Positions 8,104-16,396 of a stretch of 28,988 nucleotides of DNA are shown in pieces (position 1 is the first letter of the stretch; each line of letters starts with the position of its first letter). The DNA comes from a virus. The DNA is taken from the IMG/VR virus record IMGVR_UViG_3300037876_000116, positions 156,520 through 185,507 of that record. One strand, given 5' to 3'. The notes under the pieces were generated by a model that saw only the letters and a program-made list of their open reading frames with translations, searched no databases and was not told the DNA's origin. Made by a program: the position numbers and the translations under genes.

Positions 8104-8337
8104 ATGAACCTTGGCGACATCGTAAAAGAAAAAGAATCTAACAAGCAGGGAGTTATTATCTGTTTGAAATCTAGTTTCGGCGGCGTCGATAAAGTTGTTC
8201 TCGAACATTATGGTGTAGAGTGGAAAGGTGAAATCAATGGTGATATCTCTTGGCTAACACCAAGCTCTTTAGAGCTTGTGAAACCTTATCCAGGGACCTA
8301 CGACCCACACAGAGTTCTTTATGACCAAGAATGCTAA
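8104..8337 (+). CDS. MKVGDLV-family KOW/SH3-like small protein
   Basis: MNLGDIVKE..GVII..YGVEW..LELV. Confidence 0.75.
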   Translation: MNLGDIVKEKESNKQGVIICLKSSFGGVDKVVLEHYGVEWKGEINGDISWLTPSSLELVKPYPGTYDPHRVLYDQEC

Positions 8338-8548
8338 ACCAGACATAGGCGATCTTGTCACGCTCCACTGCCCCGAAGGTGATTCTGAAACAATAGACAT
8401 GGGCGTTATCACTGAAGTTTATTGGAAGAATGGCTTTAAGGGCTGTCATGATGGATTTAGAACTTACAAGGTTTTGGGTAGATATGGTAAACCGACCGAG
8501 TACGATGAGCCCTATTGGGAAGCCAAAATCATAAATAAAGCAAAATAA
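8321..8548 (+). CDS. MKVGDLV-family small protein
   Basis: PDIGDLVTL..MGVITEV..YKV. Confidence 0.75.
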   Translation: MTKNAKPDIGDLVTLHCPEGDSETIDMGVITEVYWKNGFKGCHDGFRTYKVLGRYGKPTEYDEPYWEAKIINKAK

Positions 8549-8550
8549 AC

Positions 8551-8578
8551 TTGAAAGTTGAGCTTTCGTTCTTATAGT
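8551..8578 (+). promoter_or_regulatory. Repeated phage promoter copy 3
   Basis: cTTGAAA-gttgagctttcgttct-TATAGT. Confidence 0.8.
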
Positions 8579-8611
8579 TATTGTATAACAAAGTTAACAA
8601 GGGAACGAAAC

Positions 8612-8725
8612 ATGTTTGAGATTGACATTACTGTGCCAGTTTGGCTTGGTCTTACTTTTGGTATTCACTGGGTCGCTGGTTTCTTCAATAAGGAAACTGG
8701 GAACTATTACCTTGACCAACGATAA
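8612..8725 (+). CDS. Small membrane peptide (37 aa, MFEIDITVPVWLGLTFGIHW...)
   Basis: ATG after AAGGGA SD directly downstream of promoter; hydrophobic segment. Confidence 0.55.
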   Translation: MFEIDITVPVWLGLTFGIHWVAGFFNKETGNYYLDQR

Positions 8726-8930
8726 AGAAAAAATAGCCAAAATCACAAGCGATATTAAATCTCTGTCTGAGACCGCCTCCACTATAGAAGATACAACGCT
8801 GAGAGCAGAGTTTGTTTCTATTCTCAATAGAGCTTGTATTAAAATGGACCGAGCAACTCAGCCACCACCACCGGACGACGACGAATGGGAAGACTTCTTA
8901 CGAAACAAAGAGAGATGTATTGCTCCATGA
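8712..8930 (+). CDS. Hypothetical protein (probable TTG start at 8712 rather than 8616)
   Basis: Same frame as listed 8616 ORF; this start avoids nearly complete overlap with the 8612 peptide. Confidence 0.55.
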   Translation: MTNDKEKIAKITSDIKSLSETASTIEDTTLRAEFVSILNRACIKMDRATQPPPPDDDEWEDFLRNKERCIAP

Positions 8931-9217
8931 AGAAAGAGTTCTCGAATGACTCAACCTCTAGTCTTTATATTTGGATGGAACTTCATCCTGACTTCAAGAA
9001 GATAGTCAAGCGAGATTCTTACTTTGAAGGAGCAAAAGTGCTTCGCGATTGGTGTAAGGAGTTGTGGCACGATACGACTCCACCGGCAGGTATCGTATTA
9101 AAAGAAGTCAAGTGGCTTGAAATCTATTCAGTGTGGAAAGATGAAACCAAGAGCGTCCTTGATGAAGTAGAAAAGAAATTAGATTACAAATTTTTTAAAG
9201 AATGGCACGAGTGTTAA
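8927..9217 (+). CDS. Hypothetical protein
   Basis: ATGA overlap with previous gene. Confidence 0.7.
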   Translation: MKKEFSNDSTSSLYIWMELHPDFKKIVKRDSYFEGAKVLRDWCKELWHDTTPPAGIVLKEVKWLEIYSVWKDETKSVLDEVEKKLDYKFFKEWHEC

Positions 9218-9218
9218 C

Positions 9219-9488
9219 ATGATTAAACAAGCAGACATTGTAACTTATCGCGGACTTAAGTCGGACCATATTGGATTGGTTGAAAAGCTCTTTGAGTATG
9301 AAGGCTCCCAACACGCGATTATTCGCTGGATAAAGCCTGTTGCTAACATAAAGACCTATTGCCCCACGACAAGACTAAAGACGCTCAGGACAGCCGCCGA
9401 GGCTGGGCAGAGAGGTCGTAAAAAGGTGGTAGCAGGATTAGAAGAAGGTTCCGAAACTCACGTAACAAGATTCGTAAAAGAGGGTTGA
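9219..9488 (+). CDS. MKVGDLV-like small protein
   Basis: MIKQADIVTY..HIGLVEK..IIRW. Confidence 0.7.
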   Translation: MIKQADIVTYRGLKSDHIGLVEKLFEYEGSQHAIIRWIKPVANIKTYCPTTRLKTLRTAAEAGQRGRKKVVAGLEEGSETHVTRFVKEG

Positions 9489-9670
9489 AAGAAGGTGATC
9501 TAATAAGAGTGATCGCCAACGCTCCTCGCCCTTGGGCAGGACAAATGGGGGTTGTTATTAACCAACGGTTTTATTTTCATCGCACAAGTAAAGTTGTGGT
9601 TTACTTATTTAAGTTAAAACAAAAAGTACCGATTTCAATGGACAACGTGATCTTGGTGAGTGAGGCATGA
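9485..9670 (+). CDS. MKVGDLV-family small protein
   Basis: MKEGDLIRV..GQMGVVI..LVSEA. Confidence 0.75.
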   Translation: MKEGDLIRVIANAPRPWAGQMGVVINQRFYFHRTSKVVVYLFKLKQKVPISMDNVILVSEA

Positions 9671-9780
9671 TGATCGAGCTTCTTATAAACTTGGGTAATT
9701 TGTTTTTAGGGGCTATCCCTGCCGCCGCCGCCGCAATGCATTTCGGCTCGGCAGTCAACGCACTTATGACAAACCGATGA
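9667..9780 (+). CDS. Small hydrophobic peptide (37 aa)
   Basis: ATGA overlap; MMIELLINLGNLFLGAIPAAAAAMHF. Confidence 0.5.
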   Translation: MMIELLINLGNLFLGAIPAAAAAMHFGSAVNALMTNR

Positions 9781-9799
9781 TCCAAAATTTTTTTTCTTA

Positions 9800-10690
9800 A
9801 TGAGGAATAAAACACCCGTGATTAGCCAAAAAACATACTTTTTTGCCGATTTACATGCCGATAGGGGAGCGCTTCTTAACTCACTTGAGTATTGTGACGA
9901 CTCCTCCGCTCTCTATTTGATTGGAGGGGATTGCTTGGACAAGGGACCATCCAACCTTAACTTGCTTCGAGAGCTTAAGAAGCTATCCGATCGCGTCGAG
10001 GTAAAGTTACTTGCAGGCAACCATGATTTGCGAATGCTTATGGTCCTACAGAATTGGGAAGACCAAGATAACTTTCTTTTTCAACGCATCTTCACATCGG
10101 AGCGCTTTGAGAAAAGGATTGACCCTTTCTTAGAAGAGTGCGGTGGGATAGATGCAGCAAAAGAAATGTTCTTAGAACCCGAAGGTGAGTTTGGTTGGTT
10201 TTTCCCTTCCTTAAACTTACTTCACCAAGACAATAACTTTCTTTTTACTCACGCAGGCGCGAGCGATGTCTTTGCTTATCAACTAAAAGACAAAGGACAA
10301 GACCTTTTCAACGCAACCTTTCGCAAGCTCACGGCGGACAAGGACACCTTGTTTGATTTTTATTATAGTCAAGCCTCCGGCGCTTTTAGAACCAAGTATC
10401 GAGCCAAAGATGCTCCCTTTACGCCCGAAGGCGCGGAGGCTCTACGAGCAGCCGGGGTTAACTTCGTCGCCCACGGTCACGATAGCCAAACTCAGGGGCA
10501 TAGGTTACGTTACATCGAAGATATACCGCACCTAGCGTGTGATGTAACAGTCAATAGCGGATCTCGATGCAAAGAAAACCTGGGAACCCAAAGCGGCTGG
10601 GGCGTCGCCGTCTTCGACCCTGAGAAGAATCACATTAGATGTTTCAGCCCCGAAGCAAGAACAGGCTTCGATTGGAGACTTTATACTTGA
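9800..10690 (+). CDS. Calcineurin-like metallophosphoesterase (PPP-like phosphatase)
   Basis: DLH, GDCLDKG, GNHD, HAG, HGH motifs; start may be GTG 9818. Confidence 0.9.
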   Translation: MRNKTPVISQKTYFFADLHADRGALLNSLEYCDDSSALYLIGGDCLDKGPSNLNLLRELKKLSDRVEVKLLAGNHDLRMLMVLQNWEDQDNFLFQRIFTSERFEKRIDPFLEECGGIDAAKEMFLEPEGEFGWFFPSLNLLHQDNNFLFTHAGASDVFAYQLKDKGQDLFNATFRKLTADKDTLFDFYYSQASGAFRTKYRAKDAPFTPEGAEALRAAGVNFVAHGHDSQTQGHRLRYIEDIPHLACDVTVNSGSRCKENLGTQSGWGVAVFDPEKNHIRCFSPEARTGFDWRLYT

Positions 10691-10714
10691 AAACTCCGCG
10701 CTTGTTCCTATAAT
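10687..10714 (+). promoter_or_regulatory. Repeated phage promoter copy 4
   Basis: cTTGAAA-actccgcgcttgttcc-TATAAT. Confidence 0.8.
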
Positions 10715-10733
10715 CAAGGAAAGGGAGAGACAA

Positions 10734-10943
10734 ATGAAAGTTGGTAACTTGGTTAGAATCAAAACCCGTGGAACTCCGGCATGTCCCGGCGGCTCTGTTG
10801 GTATTGTTACCAGTGCAGGACCGCACCCACGCTTGTCCAAATGTGGCTATGAAGACGAAATTTGGTGCATGGTGGAATGCACACACGGCGAATCCATCTA
10901 TATTGACCATTATTGCTTGGAGGTAATCAATGAAAGTCGGTGA
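10734..10943 (+). CDS. MKVGDLV-family small protein
   Basis: MKVGNLVRI..GSVGIV..LEVINESR. Confidence 0.8.
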   Translation: MKVGNLVRIKTRGTPACPGGSVGIVTSAGPHPRLSKCGYEDEIWCMVECTHGESIYIDHYCLEVINESR

Positions 10944-11130
10944 CTTGATAAAAATAGTTGAATACGGCTCACGCCACGCTTCAAACGGCACCTTGGGAAT
11001 AATCACCAAGAAGCTGCCTAAACCCTTCACACATCATATCTATCACCAGTGTTATCAGGTTCGCTTTGATAACGGATACATCGGTCGCCATGCTAATTTT
11101 TGTTTGGAGGTTGTAAGTGAAAGTCGGTGA
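10930..11130 (+). CDS. MKVGDLV-family small protein
   Basis: MKVGDLIKI..GTLGII..YQVRF..LEVVSESR. Confidence 0.8.
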   Translation: MKVGDLIKIVEYGSRHASNGTLGIITKKLPKPFTHHIYHQCYQVRFDNGYIGRHANFCLEVVSESR

Positions 11131-11338
11131 ACAAGAATTTGATGCTATTAGACAAGGGTTGCGGGCTGCCTTTAACGAAGGTTGCTTGGACGAAAATGTT
11201 ACTTATCCTGCTTTTGACAAGATGAAAGAGGTTTATAAACGATATCGGTGGTTCAAGGACCAACTTTCATATTTTGACCCCTCTGAACTTCAAAGAGAAT
11301 ATATTGAAGAGTTTGGAAGTTGGGGGAAAGGAGAATGA
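11117..11338 (+). CDS. Hypothetical helical protein starting with MKVG junction
   Basis: Begins MKVGE then unrelated sequence. Confidence 0.7.
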   Translation: MKVGEQEFDAIRQGLRAAFNEGCLDENVTYPAFDKMKEVYKRYRWFKDQLSYFDPSELQREYIEEFGSWGKGE

Positions 11339-11339
11339 A

Positions 11340-11585
11340 ATGAGCGATAACCGCCCAAAGACCTATAAAGGAAAGCAGGTAGAATACAGAGGTGAGATCT
11401 CCGATAGAGACTCTTTCGAAGGTAAGGAAGAGGGAATTTATTATATGATTTCCACCGGTTCTTTTTATTGTTATTATGATGGCGATGGATCGCTTGATGC
11501 GCAGTTTATACCCAACCCACATAATCCAGAGGTTGCACACATGGAACCTTGTTGGTATAGTGAGTTGAAGGAGAGCGAAGAATGA
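11340..11585 (+). CDS. Hypothetical protein (start revised to 11340, MSDNRPKTYKG)
   Basis: AGGAG SD upstream of 11340. Confidence 0.7.
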   Translation: MSDNRPKTYKGKQVEYRGEISDRDSFEGKEEGIYYMISTGSFYCYYDGDGSLDAQFIPNPHNPEVAHMEPCWYSELKESEE

Positions 11586-11648
11586 ATAAAGATACAAAAG
11601 GTAACCACCCAACCACAAGTGAGGATAGTTTGTTACGAGAACTAAAAA

Positions 11649-11849
11649 ATGAAAGTCGGTGATTTAATACAACTCCAACGAGGAACGCGAAAGCATTGGG
11701 ACTTACCCTCGGGTGTCGCTCTCTTAATCGAGAAGCTGCCGCGAAACGACTATTTAGAATACGATTGGAAAGTCTTGGTCGATGGTCGATACATCGAGCT
11801 TGGAAGACAACTAGAAGATTCATCGGAGATACTCAGTGCAGCCCGGTGA
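11649..11849 (+). CDS. MKVGDLV-family small protein
   Basis: MKVGDLIQL..GVALLI..WKVLV. Confidence 0.8.
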   Translation: MKVGDLIQLQRGTRKHWDLPSGVALLIEKLPRNDYLEYDWKVLVDGRYIELGRQLEDSSEILSAAR

Positions 11850-12042
11850 TTTAGTAAGGTTTAAGAAAGTCTTAAATCACAGGACAATGGAAACCACCGA
11901 ATGGTGCTTAGGTGTCCTAATTGAGAAAGAATACAACTTGTGCAAAGTCTTAAGCAAGACAGGTGAACTAATCACCATATGGGCAGAGTTTGTACAGAAA
12001 GCAGGAAAGAAAGATGAAAATAGGGGACCTAGTGAAACATAG
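11836..12042 (+). CDS. MKVGDLV-family small protein
   Basis: MQPGDLVRF..LGVLIE. Confidence 0.75.
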   Translation: MQPGDLVRFKKVLNHRTMETTEWCLGVLIEKEYNLCKVLSKTGELITIWAEFVQKAGKKDENRGPSET

Positions 12043-12184
12043 AACAAGCGGCGAGCTAGGCATAGTCACCCGCCTCCTTGATGACCCTTTCTCTTTGCTT
12101 GTTTTGGTCTATGTTCGCAAAATGAATGGTACTGACTTTCCTCACCCTGCCAAAATCTTGGACGTATTAAGTGAAAACGGGTGA
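12014..12184 (+). CDS. MKVGDLV-family small protein (start 12014)
   Basis: MKIGDLVKH..GELGIV..LDVLSENG. Confidence 0.75.
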   Translation: MKIGDLVKHRTSGELGIVTRLLDDPFSLLVLVYVRKMNGTDFPHPAKILDVLSENG

Positions 12185-12341
12185 CTTAGTGAGAATAGAA
12201 AACTCAGACATTCTTGGTCTGATCTTGTCGCCTCCAAGAAAGCGGTACATGATTGGTCATGCTGCGCTTGTATTCTGGAACGGTGAAACTAAATATGTTC
12301 TTCAAAGCAAACTAACATTAGTCGAGGACAAACATGATTAA
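12171..12341 (+). CDS. MKVGDLV-family small protein (56 aa, not in ORF track)
   Basis: GTG start; MKTGDLVRIENSDILGLIL..ALVFWNG. Confidence 0.7.
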   Translation: MKTGDLVRIENSDILGLILSPPRKRYMIGHAALVFWNGETKYVLQSKLTLVEDKHD

Positions 12342-12564
12342 AAAACAAACAGAGTATATCGAAGACGCGAAGGGGACTGTATACCTACCCCGCCCGTCGA
12401 ATTGGTTATCGGGTTGGCTCCGTTCACGATGGTTTAAATATCATATGCAAGTATACAGTGTTATTGCAGCACCCGAAACCTGGAGCACCTTGGAGCGTCT
12501 TTACATCGTGCGAACTCTTACCGAGTATGAAAACGGAGCGATTAAGTTAGATGAAAAAAGGTGA
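12334..12564 (+). CDS. Hypothetical protein
   Basis: GAGG SD; overlaps neighbours. Confidence 0.65.
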   Translation: MIKKQTEYIEDAKGTVYLPRPSNWLSGWLRSRWFKYHMQVYSVIAAPETWSTLERLYIVRTLTEYENGAIKLDEKR

Positions 12565-12748
12565 TCTTGTTAGAGTAAAAGAGTTCTATCGACTCGACGA
12601 ATCTTATGATTCCTTTGGTGTGTTGATTGGCTTACAAGAAGATGACGAAGGATTCACTTGGTATCGGATTGCCCCCTTCAAGACCTTGAACGGCGATTCT
12701 GTCAATTGGTACGCAGACTACGAAGTGGAGATGATAAGTGAACTCTAG
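12551..12748 (+). CDS. MKVGDLV-family small protein
   Basis: MKKGDLVRV..FGVLIG..VEMISEL. Confidence 0.8.
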   Translation: MKKGDLVRVKEFYRLDESYDSFGVLIGLQEDDEGFTWYRIAPFKTLNGDSVNWYADYEVEMISEL

Positions 12749-12998
12749 CCCCTGGTATCTATATGTCGTCAAGTGCAGCGATAGCACCCTTTACACAGGT
12801 GTCACAACCAATCTAGACCGACGCCTAACCGAACATAACACGAGCCTTAAAGGCGCGAAGTACACAAGGAAACGGCGACCCGTTGTTTTAGTTTATTCTA
12901 AGCACTACGCCAACCGCTCTCAAGCTCAAAAGGCAGAGTATCAATTCAAATCGCTAACCAGGAAACAAAAGATAAAAGTGATAAATGAAAGTCGGTGA
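12738..12998 (+). CDS. GIY-YIG nuclease (UPF0213/YhbQ-like)
   Basis: WYLYVVKCSDSTLYTGVTTNLDRRLTEHN..GAKYTR.RRP..AQKAE. Confidence 0.9.
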   Translation: MNSSPWYLYVVKCSDSTLYTGVTTNLDRRLTEHNTSLKGAKYTRKRRPVVLVYSKHYANRSQAQKAEYQFKSLTRKQKIKVINESR

Positions 12999-13203
12999 TC
13001 TTGTTCAAGACATCCACTCTATCGTCACCGGCATTGTCATCGACGAAGCCGATCGGGTTCACTGGCGCGAAGAAGGAGAAGCAACTTGCCAAAAGAAACT
13101 TCACTTTTGTGTTAAATGGTTGTGGGCAGATGGCGAGAAGATCGTGACTAAGAATAGCTGGAGAACAAAAAACGAATTGATTCTTTTATCTCAAAGCCCT
13201 TGA
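12985..13203 (+). CDS. MKVGDLV-family small protein
   Basis: MKVGDLVQD..TGIVID..CVKW. Confidence 0.8.
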   Translation: MKVGDLVQDIHSIVTGIVIDEADRVHWREEGEATCQKKLHFCVKWLWADGEKIVTKNSWRTKNELILLSQSP

Positions 13204-13227
13204 AAACCAGAAATCGGTTCCTATAGT
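13200..13227 (+). promoter_or_regulatory. Repeated phage promoter copy 5
   Basis: cccTTGAAA-accagaaatcggttcc-TATAGT. Confidence 0.8.
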
Positions 13228-13250
13228 TAAGTCGTACCAAGGAGAAGCTC

Positions 13251-13502
13251 ATGTATTGCCGAATTTGTGGAACCGACCAAAAAGTTAAGTATTACCGAAG
13301 CAAAGGGATGAGCATGTGCAAAGAATGCAGCGCAGAGACACCCAGAAAGGCATCTTACAACGGCTTTAACAAACGATACTGGTTTGAGCACTCAACCGTA
13401 CCTGATCGCATTAAACGAGAGTTCTACAGTGATTACAAGGCATCCAAACATACCGTTCAAGAGTACATCGAAGCAACTTCATCTTGGATTTTTAACGATT
13501 AA
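13251..13502 (+). CDS. Small zinc-ribbon protein
   Basis: CRIC...CKEC; AAGGAG SD. Confidence 0.75.
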   Translation: MYCRICGTDQKVKYYRSKGMSMCKECSAETPRKASYNGFNKRYWFEHSTVPDRIKREFYSDYKASKHTVQEYIEATSSWIFND

Positions 13503-13505
13503 GCC

Positions 13506-13533
13506 TTGAAACGTGGGAAACGGTTCCTATACT
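13506..13533 (+). promoter_or_regulatory. Repeated phage promoter copy 6
   Basis: ccTTGAAA-cgtgggaaacggttcc-TATACT. Confidence 0.8.
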
Positions 13534-13559
13534 TAAGAGGAACTACCAAGGAGAACTAG

Positions 13560-13934
13560 ATGTTTAGACAAAGCGCAAAGAAAACACTCACTACATCGTG
13601 CCAATGCACAATCTTGAATGTTAGTGCTAACGCACTGACAAAGCATCTAGGCGAGCCAAAGTTTGATGACTCGGAACTTGGCATTGACCAAAACGATAAC
13701 CTTACATCAATGCAGTGGGTATTTGAAGACGACGCAGAAAACATCGTAACCATTTATGATTGGCGGTCGTCTGCTGCTTTTCAAAAAGATAAGCGTGTTA
13801 CTTGGAGCATCGGAGCTTCAAAACAATCTGAAGCAATCCGCTTCCGCAACTGGATTAATGGTAAACTCCACCCGCTAGCTAAAACTCATCCTATTAACTT
13901 TGATTCTTGGAACGACTGCCCTGGAGGCTTCTAA
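13560..13934 (+). CDS. Hypothetical phage protein (LGEP..W..TIYDW..WSIG motif)
   Basis: AAGGAG SD after promoter. Confidence 0.75.
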   Translation: MFRQSAKKTLTTSCQCTILNVSANALTKHLGEPKFDDSELGIDQNDNLTSMQWVFEDDAENIVTIYDWRSSAAFQKDKRVTWSIGASKQSEAIRFRNWINGKLHPLAKTHPINFDSWNDCPGGF

Positions 13935-13935
13935 A

Positions 13936-14139
13936 ATGACCATAACTCTATCAGAACAGCAGCTTAAAACGCTTTTACTAGCAGCAGAGGAGGCACAGGT
14001 CGTGCGAGAACACGAACTCGCCAAAATGCGAGAAAACCCTGACTATGAACGACACGAGATTACACACTTTACATCGAAGATAAGGCGAACTGACGACGCT
14101 ATTCTTGAAGCCGAGAAAAAACTTATCTTTCCTTCTTAA
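13936..14139 (+). CDS. Hypothetical coiled-coil protein (start 13936)
   Basis: GGAGG SD; MTITLSEQQLK. Confidence 0.7.
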   Translation: MTITLSEQQLKTLLLAAEEAQVVREHELAKMRENPDYERHEITHFTSKIRRTDDAILEAEKKLIFPS

Positions 14140-14162
14140 ACTCTTGTCTTCTTTTACCTCTC

Positions 14163-14200
14163 AACCCCTGACGGTCTTTGACTTGATGGGGTTTTCTTTT
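14163..14200 (+). terminator. Putative intrinsic terminator
   Basis: AACCCC...GGGGTT stem followed by TTTCTTTT. Confidence 0.55.
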
Positions 14201-14217
14201 TGGCTTGTAGTTACTAC

Positions 14218-14409
14218 ATGCACCAAGATGAAGATGTAAGACCGGGAGACCTAGTTAAATGTTACAACTGGCAGTATTACGGTGAGATGGCTATCGTTCT
14301 TAGAGTTTGCGAAGACGCCCTACTGATCTACATCTTTGAAGACAAAACAAAGAAAAAGCTACACAAAAGCCTTTTAAGCATGTTCAAACGCTTCCCCCGT
14401 GATAGTTAA
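14218..14409 (+). CDS. MKVGDLV-family small protein
   Basis: MHQDEDVRPGDLVKC..GEMAIVLRV. Confidence 0.7.
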   Translation: MHQDEDVRPGDLVKCYNWQYYGEMAIVLRVCEDALLIYIFEDKTKKKLHKSLLSMFKRFPRDS

Positions 14410-14430
14410 AAAGAGAGGGAACAATGAAAA

Positions 14431-14637
14431 GTGAAGGTAGGCGACCTAGTAAGAGGGAAAAAGAATGTTGATGGCTTTATTGCTTGGACTTCAAACGAGC
14501 ATGCTTTAATCGTCAAGATTGAAACCACCTCTTACGGCATCGAAGACGTCACTTTAAGGTTCCCCGAAGGCGAAATTGTAGTAATGAGCAAGCGCACGAT
14601 TATAGAGATCTTCGAGCTTGTAAGCGAAGCACCTTAA
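14431..14637 (+). CDS. MKVGDLV-family small protein
   Basis: MKVGDLVRG..ALIVKI..FELVSEAP. Confidence 0.8.
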   Translation: MKVGDLVRGKKNVDGFIAWTSNEHALIVKIETTSYGIEDVTLRFPEGEIVVMSKRTIIEIFELVSEAP

Positions 14638-14655
14638 AAAAGTTTATTTTACCCC

Positions 14656-14683
14656 TTGAAAAGCCTAAGTCCGTTCTTATATT
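14656..14683 (+). promoter_or_regulatory. Repeated phage promoter copy 7
   Basis: taccccTTGAAA-agcctaagtccgttct-TATATT. Confidence 0.8.
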
Positions 14684-14708
14684 TGACAAGTAGCAAGGAA
14701 AGATCAAA

Positions 14709-14882
14709 ATGAGCATCGGAACTTTAGTCAAAATTGTTGATGACCAAGACGGCATTCAAGGCTTGATTGCTTTAGTTATAGACAAAGTTCCTAACTCTGA
14801 TGAAGTTGTAGTGGAATTGGTCACTGATAACAGCTTATGGATTTACTTTCCCAACCAACTGGAGGAACTCAACAATGCTTAA
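14709..14882 (+). CDS. MKVGDLV-family small protein (57 aa, not in ORF track)
   Basis: MSIGTLVKIVDD..GLIALVID..LEELNNA; AAGGA SD. Confidence 0.7.
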   Translation: MSIGTLVKIVDDQDGIQGLIALVIDKVPNSDEVVVELVTDNSLWIYFPNQLEELNNA

Positions 14883-15369
14883 CAAAAGTTTACATGCCGA
14901 ACTTGTTGGACTTAAAGAATGGAAAAGCAACTCTCGCATTTACGGTGAAGCAGTCGAAAGGTGGCTATGTCGGAACTTCTCGTGTCCGTGTTGCAAAACC
15001 GGCAAGCTGCGACAGCTAGAGATTAACTCTCCTTTCATAGATCTAAAGTGCAATGAGTGCGGAGAAAGCTACCAAGTAAAAGCAAGCAGTTCCACTCTCG
15101 TAGCTAGAAGCGGTAAATTAAAAAATTTATCCGGCGCTGCTTACTCTAAAAGCCTTGAGGGCTTGGAAGAAAGAAACAAATGTAATTTTCTGCTTGTTCA
15201 ATACTGTCGAGGAGCCGCTGAGATAAAAGAAGCCTTTCTCTTGAGAAAAGAGGACATATCATCCGAGCACCTTATCAAAAGAAAGCCTCTTGGTCCAAAC
15301 GCAAGGAAAGCGGGACTGGTGCTTAGTAGATGGGAATTTGGTGACATCAATCGAGAAATTATTTTATAG
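14875..15369 (+). CDS. DpnI-like (Dam-replacing family) endonuclease catalytic domain, lacking winged helix
   Basis: CPCC..NSPFIDLKCNECGESYQVK..GAAY..NFLLVQY..KRKPLGPNARKAG parallels DpnI N-domain motifs. Confidence 0.8.
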   Translation: MLNKSLHAELVGLKEWKSNSRIYGEAVERWLCRNFSCPCCKTGKLRQLEINSPFIDLKCNECGESYQVKASSSTLVARSGKLKNLSGAAYSKSLEGLEERNKCNFLLVQYCRGAAEIKEAFLLRKEDISSEHLIKRKPLGPNARKAGLVLSRWEFGDINREIIL

Positions 15370-15386
15370 AAAAATCACTTTACCCC

Positions 15387-15414
15387 TTGAAAACCCTAAA
15401 TCCGTTCTTATATT
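15387..15414 (+). promoter_or_regulatory. Repeated phage promoter copy 8
   Basis: taccccTTGAAA-accctaaatccgttct-TATATT. Confidence 0.85.
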
Positions 15415-15442
15415 TAAGATGTAACAAAGAAAGGACAAGAAA

Positions 15443-15922
15443 ATGCTTCACGAAAAAGCTGTAAAGAAAGTCGAGAAAGCACTCGGAATGAAAGTTGAGC
15501 TTATCGGCAACTGCCGCTACGGCGTCACCTACGAGGGATATGTGCTCTCTTGGATGGTGTCGCGCCAATGGAAGGTAGATGCAAACGACAAGATGGTCAA
15601 AGACGGACCACTCGAAGCGTCTAACTGGCACGCTCGGCGCGTCGATGACCATTCGGATTCGATGGTTGATTACTTCGCTGGAAGTTACTTTGATAATGTT
15701 ACGCAGCTTATTCACTGGGTTAAGCCACCCGAGCCAAAGTTCAATGTTGGTGACCTTGTGAAAGGCAAAGATAACAAGCGAGCCAACCGTCAAGGTTACG
15801 CTAACAAGCTCGGCATCGTTACTCGCAACGGTCGATACATGGGTGTTGAGTGGGTTGATAGCGGTCTTAAAAATTACGCTTCGTGGGCATCCTACCCCCA
15901 AAACGACTTTGTGAGGGCATAG
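15443..15922 (+). CDS. Two-domain protein: DSMVDYFAG-motif domain fused to C-terminal KOW/SH3-like domain
   Basis: C-terminal FNVGDLVKG..KLGIV..GVEW. Confidence 0.75.
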   Translation: MLHEKAVKKVEKALGMKVELIGNCRYGVTYEGYVLSWMVSRQWKVDANDKMVKDGPLEASNWHARRVDDHSDSMVDYFAGSYFDNVTQLIHWVKPPEPKFNVGDLVKGKDNKRANRQGYANKLGIVTRNGRYMGVEWVDSGLKNYASWASYPQNDFVRA

Positions 15923-16119
15923 TGAAACCCGGCGACATGTTCAGATACATCGATGGTTCCACTGGCTTGATAGTATCGCATCCATTTTTGTGGCGGATTG
16001 ACTTAACCAAAAAGAAAGAAGAAGCACTAGAATGCGTTCGGGTGGTTTGGTCAGGCACTGACCGTCCGGTGGTTATGTCGCTTAAAGCCTTTGAAAATCA
16101 GACTGCTAAAATAATCTAA
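15922..16119 (+). CDS. MKVGDLV-family small protein (GTG start 15922)
   Basis: MKPGDMFRY..STGLIV..VRVVW. Confidence 0.7.
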   Translation: MKPGDMFRYIDGSTGLIVSHPFLWRIDLTKKKEEALECVRVVWSGTDRPVVMSLKAFENQTAKII

Positions 16120-16137
16120 TAAAAAACACTTTACCCC

Positions 16138-16165
16138 TTGAAACTCGAAAATCCGTTCCTATATT
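16138..16165 (+). promoter_or_regulatory. Repeated phage promoter copy 9
   Basis: taccccTTGAAA-ctcgaaaatccgttcc-TATATT. Confidence 0.85.
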
Positions 16166-16193
16166 TAAGATGTAACAAAGAAAGGACAACAAA

Positions 16194-16394
16194 ATGAAAA
16201 AGTTTCTTGTACCAGTCACCTTTATGATGAGCACTTACGTCGAGGTAGAGGCAGACGACATCGAAGAAGCGATTCACGAAGCCTGCGGTGTTGATCTTAG
16301 CATCGATTCGGCTGACTCCTGGGAATACGTCGGTGATAGCTGGGAAGTAGATGAAGATGGAATTGAAGAAGTACCAACCAAAGGAGATGCATAA
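16194..16394 (+). CDS. DpnD/PcfM-like small acidic protein
   Basis: F.V.VT...YVEVEADDIEEAI.EA pattern. Confidence 0.6.
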   Translation: MKKFLVPVTFMMSTYVEVEADDIEEAIHEACGVDLSIDSADSWEYVGDSWEVDEDGIEEVPTKGDA

Positions 16395-16396
16395 TT

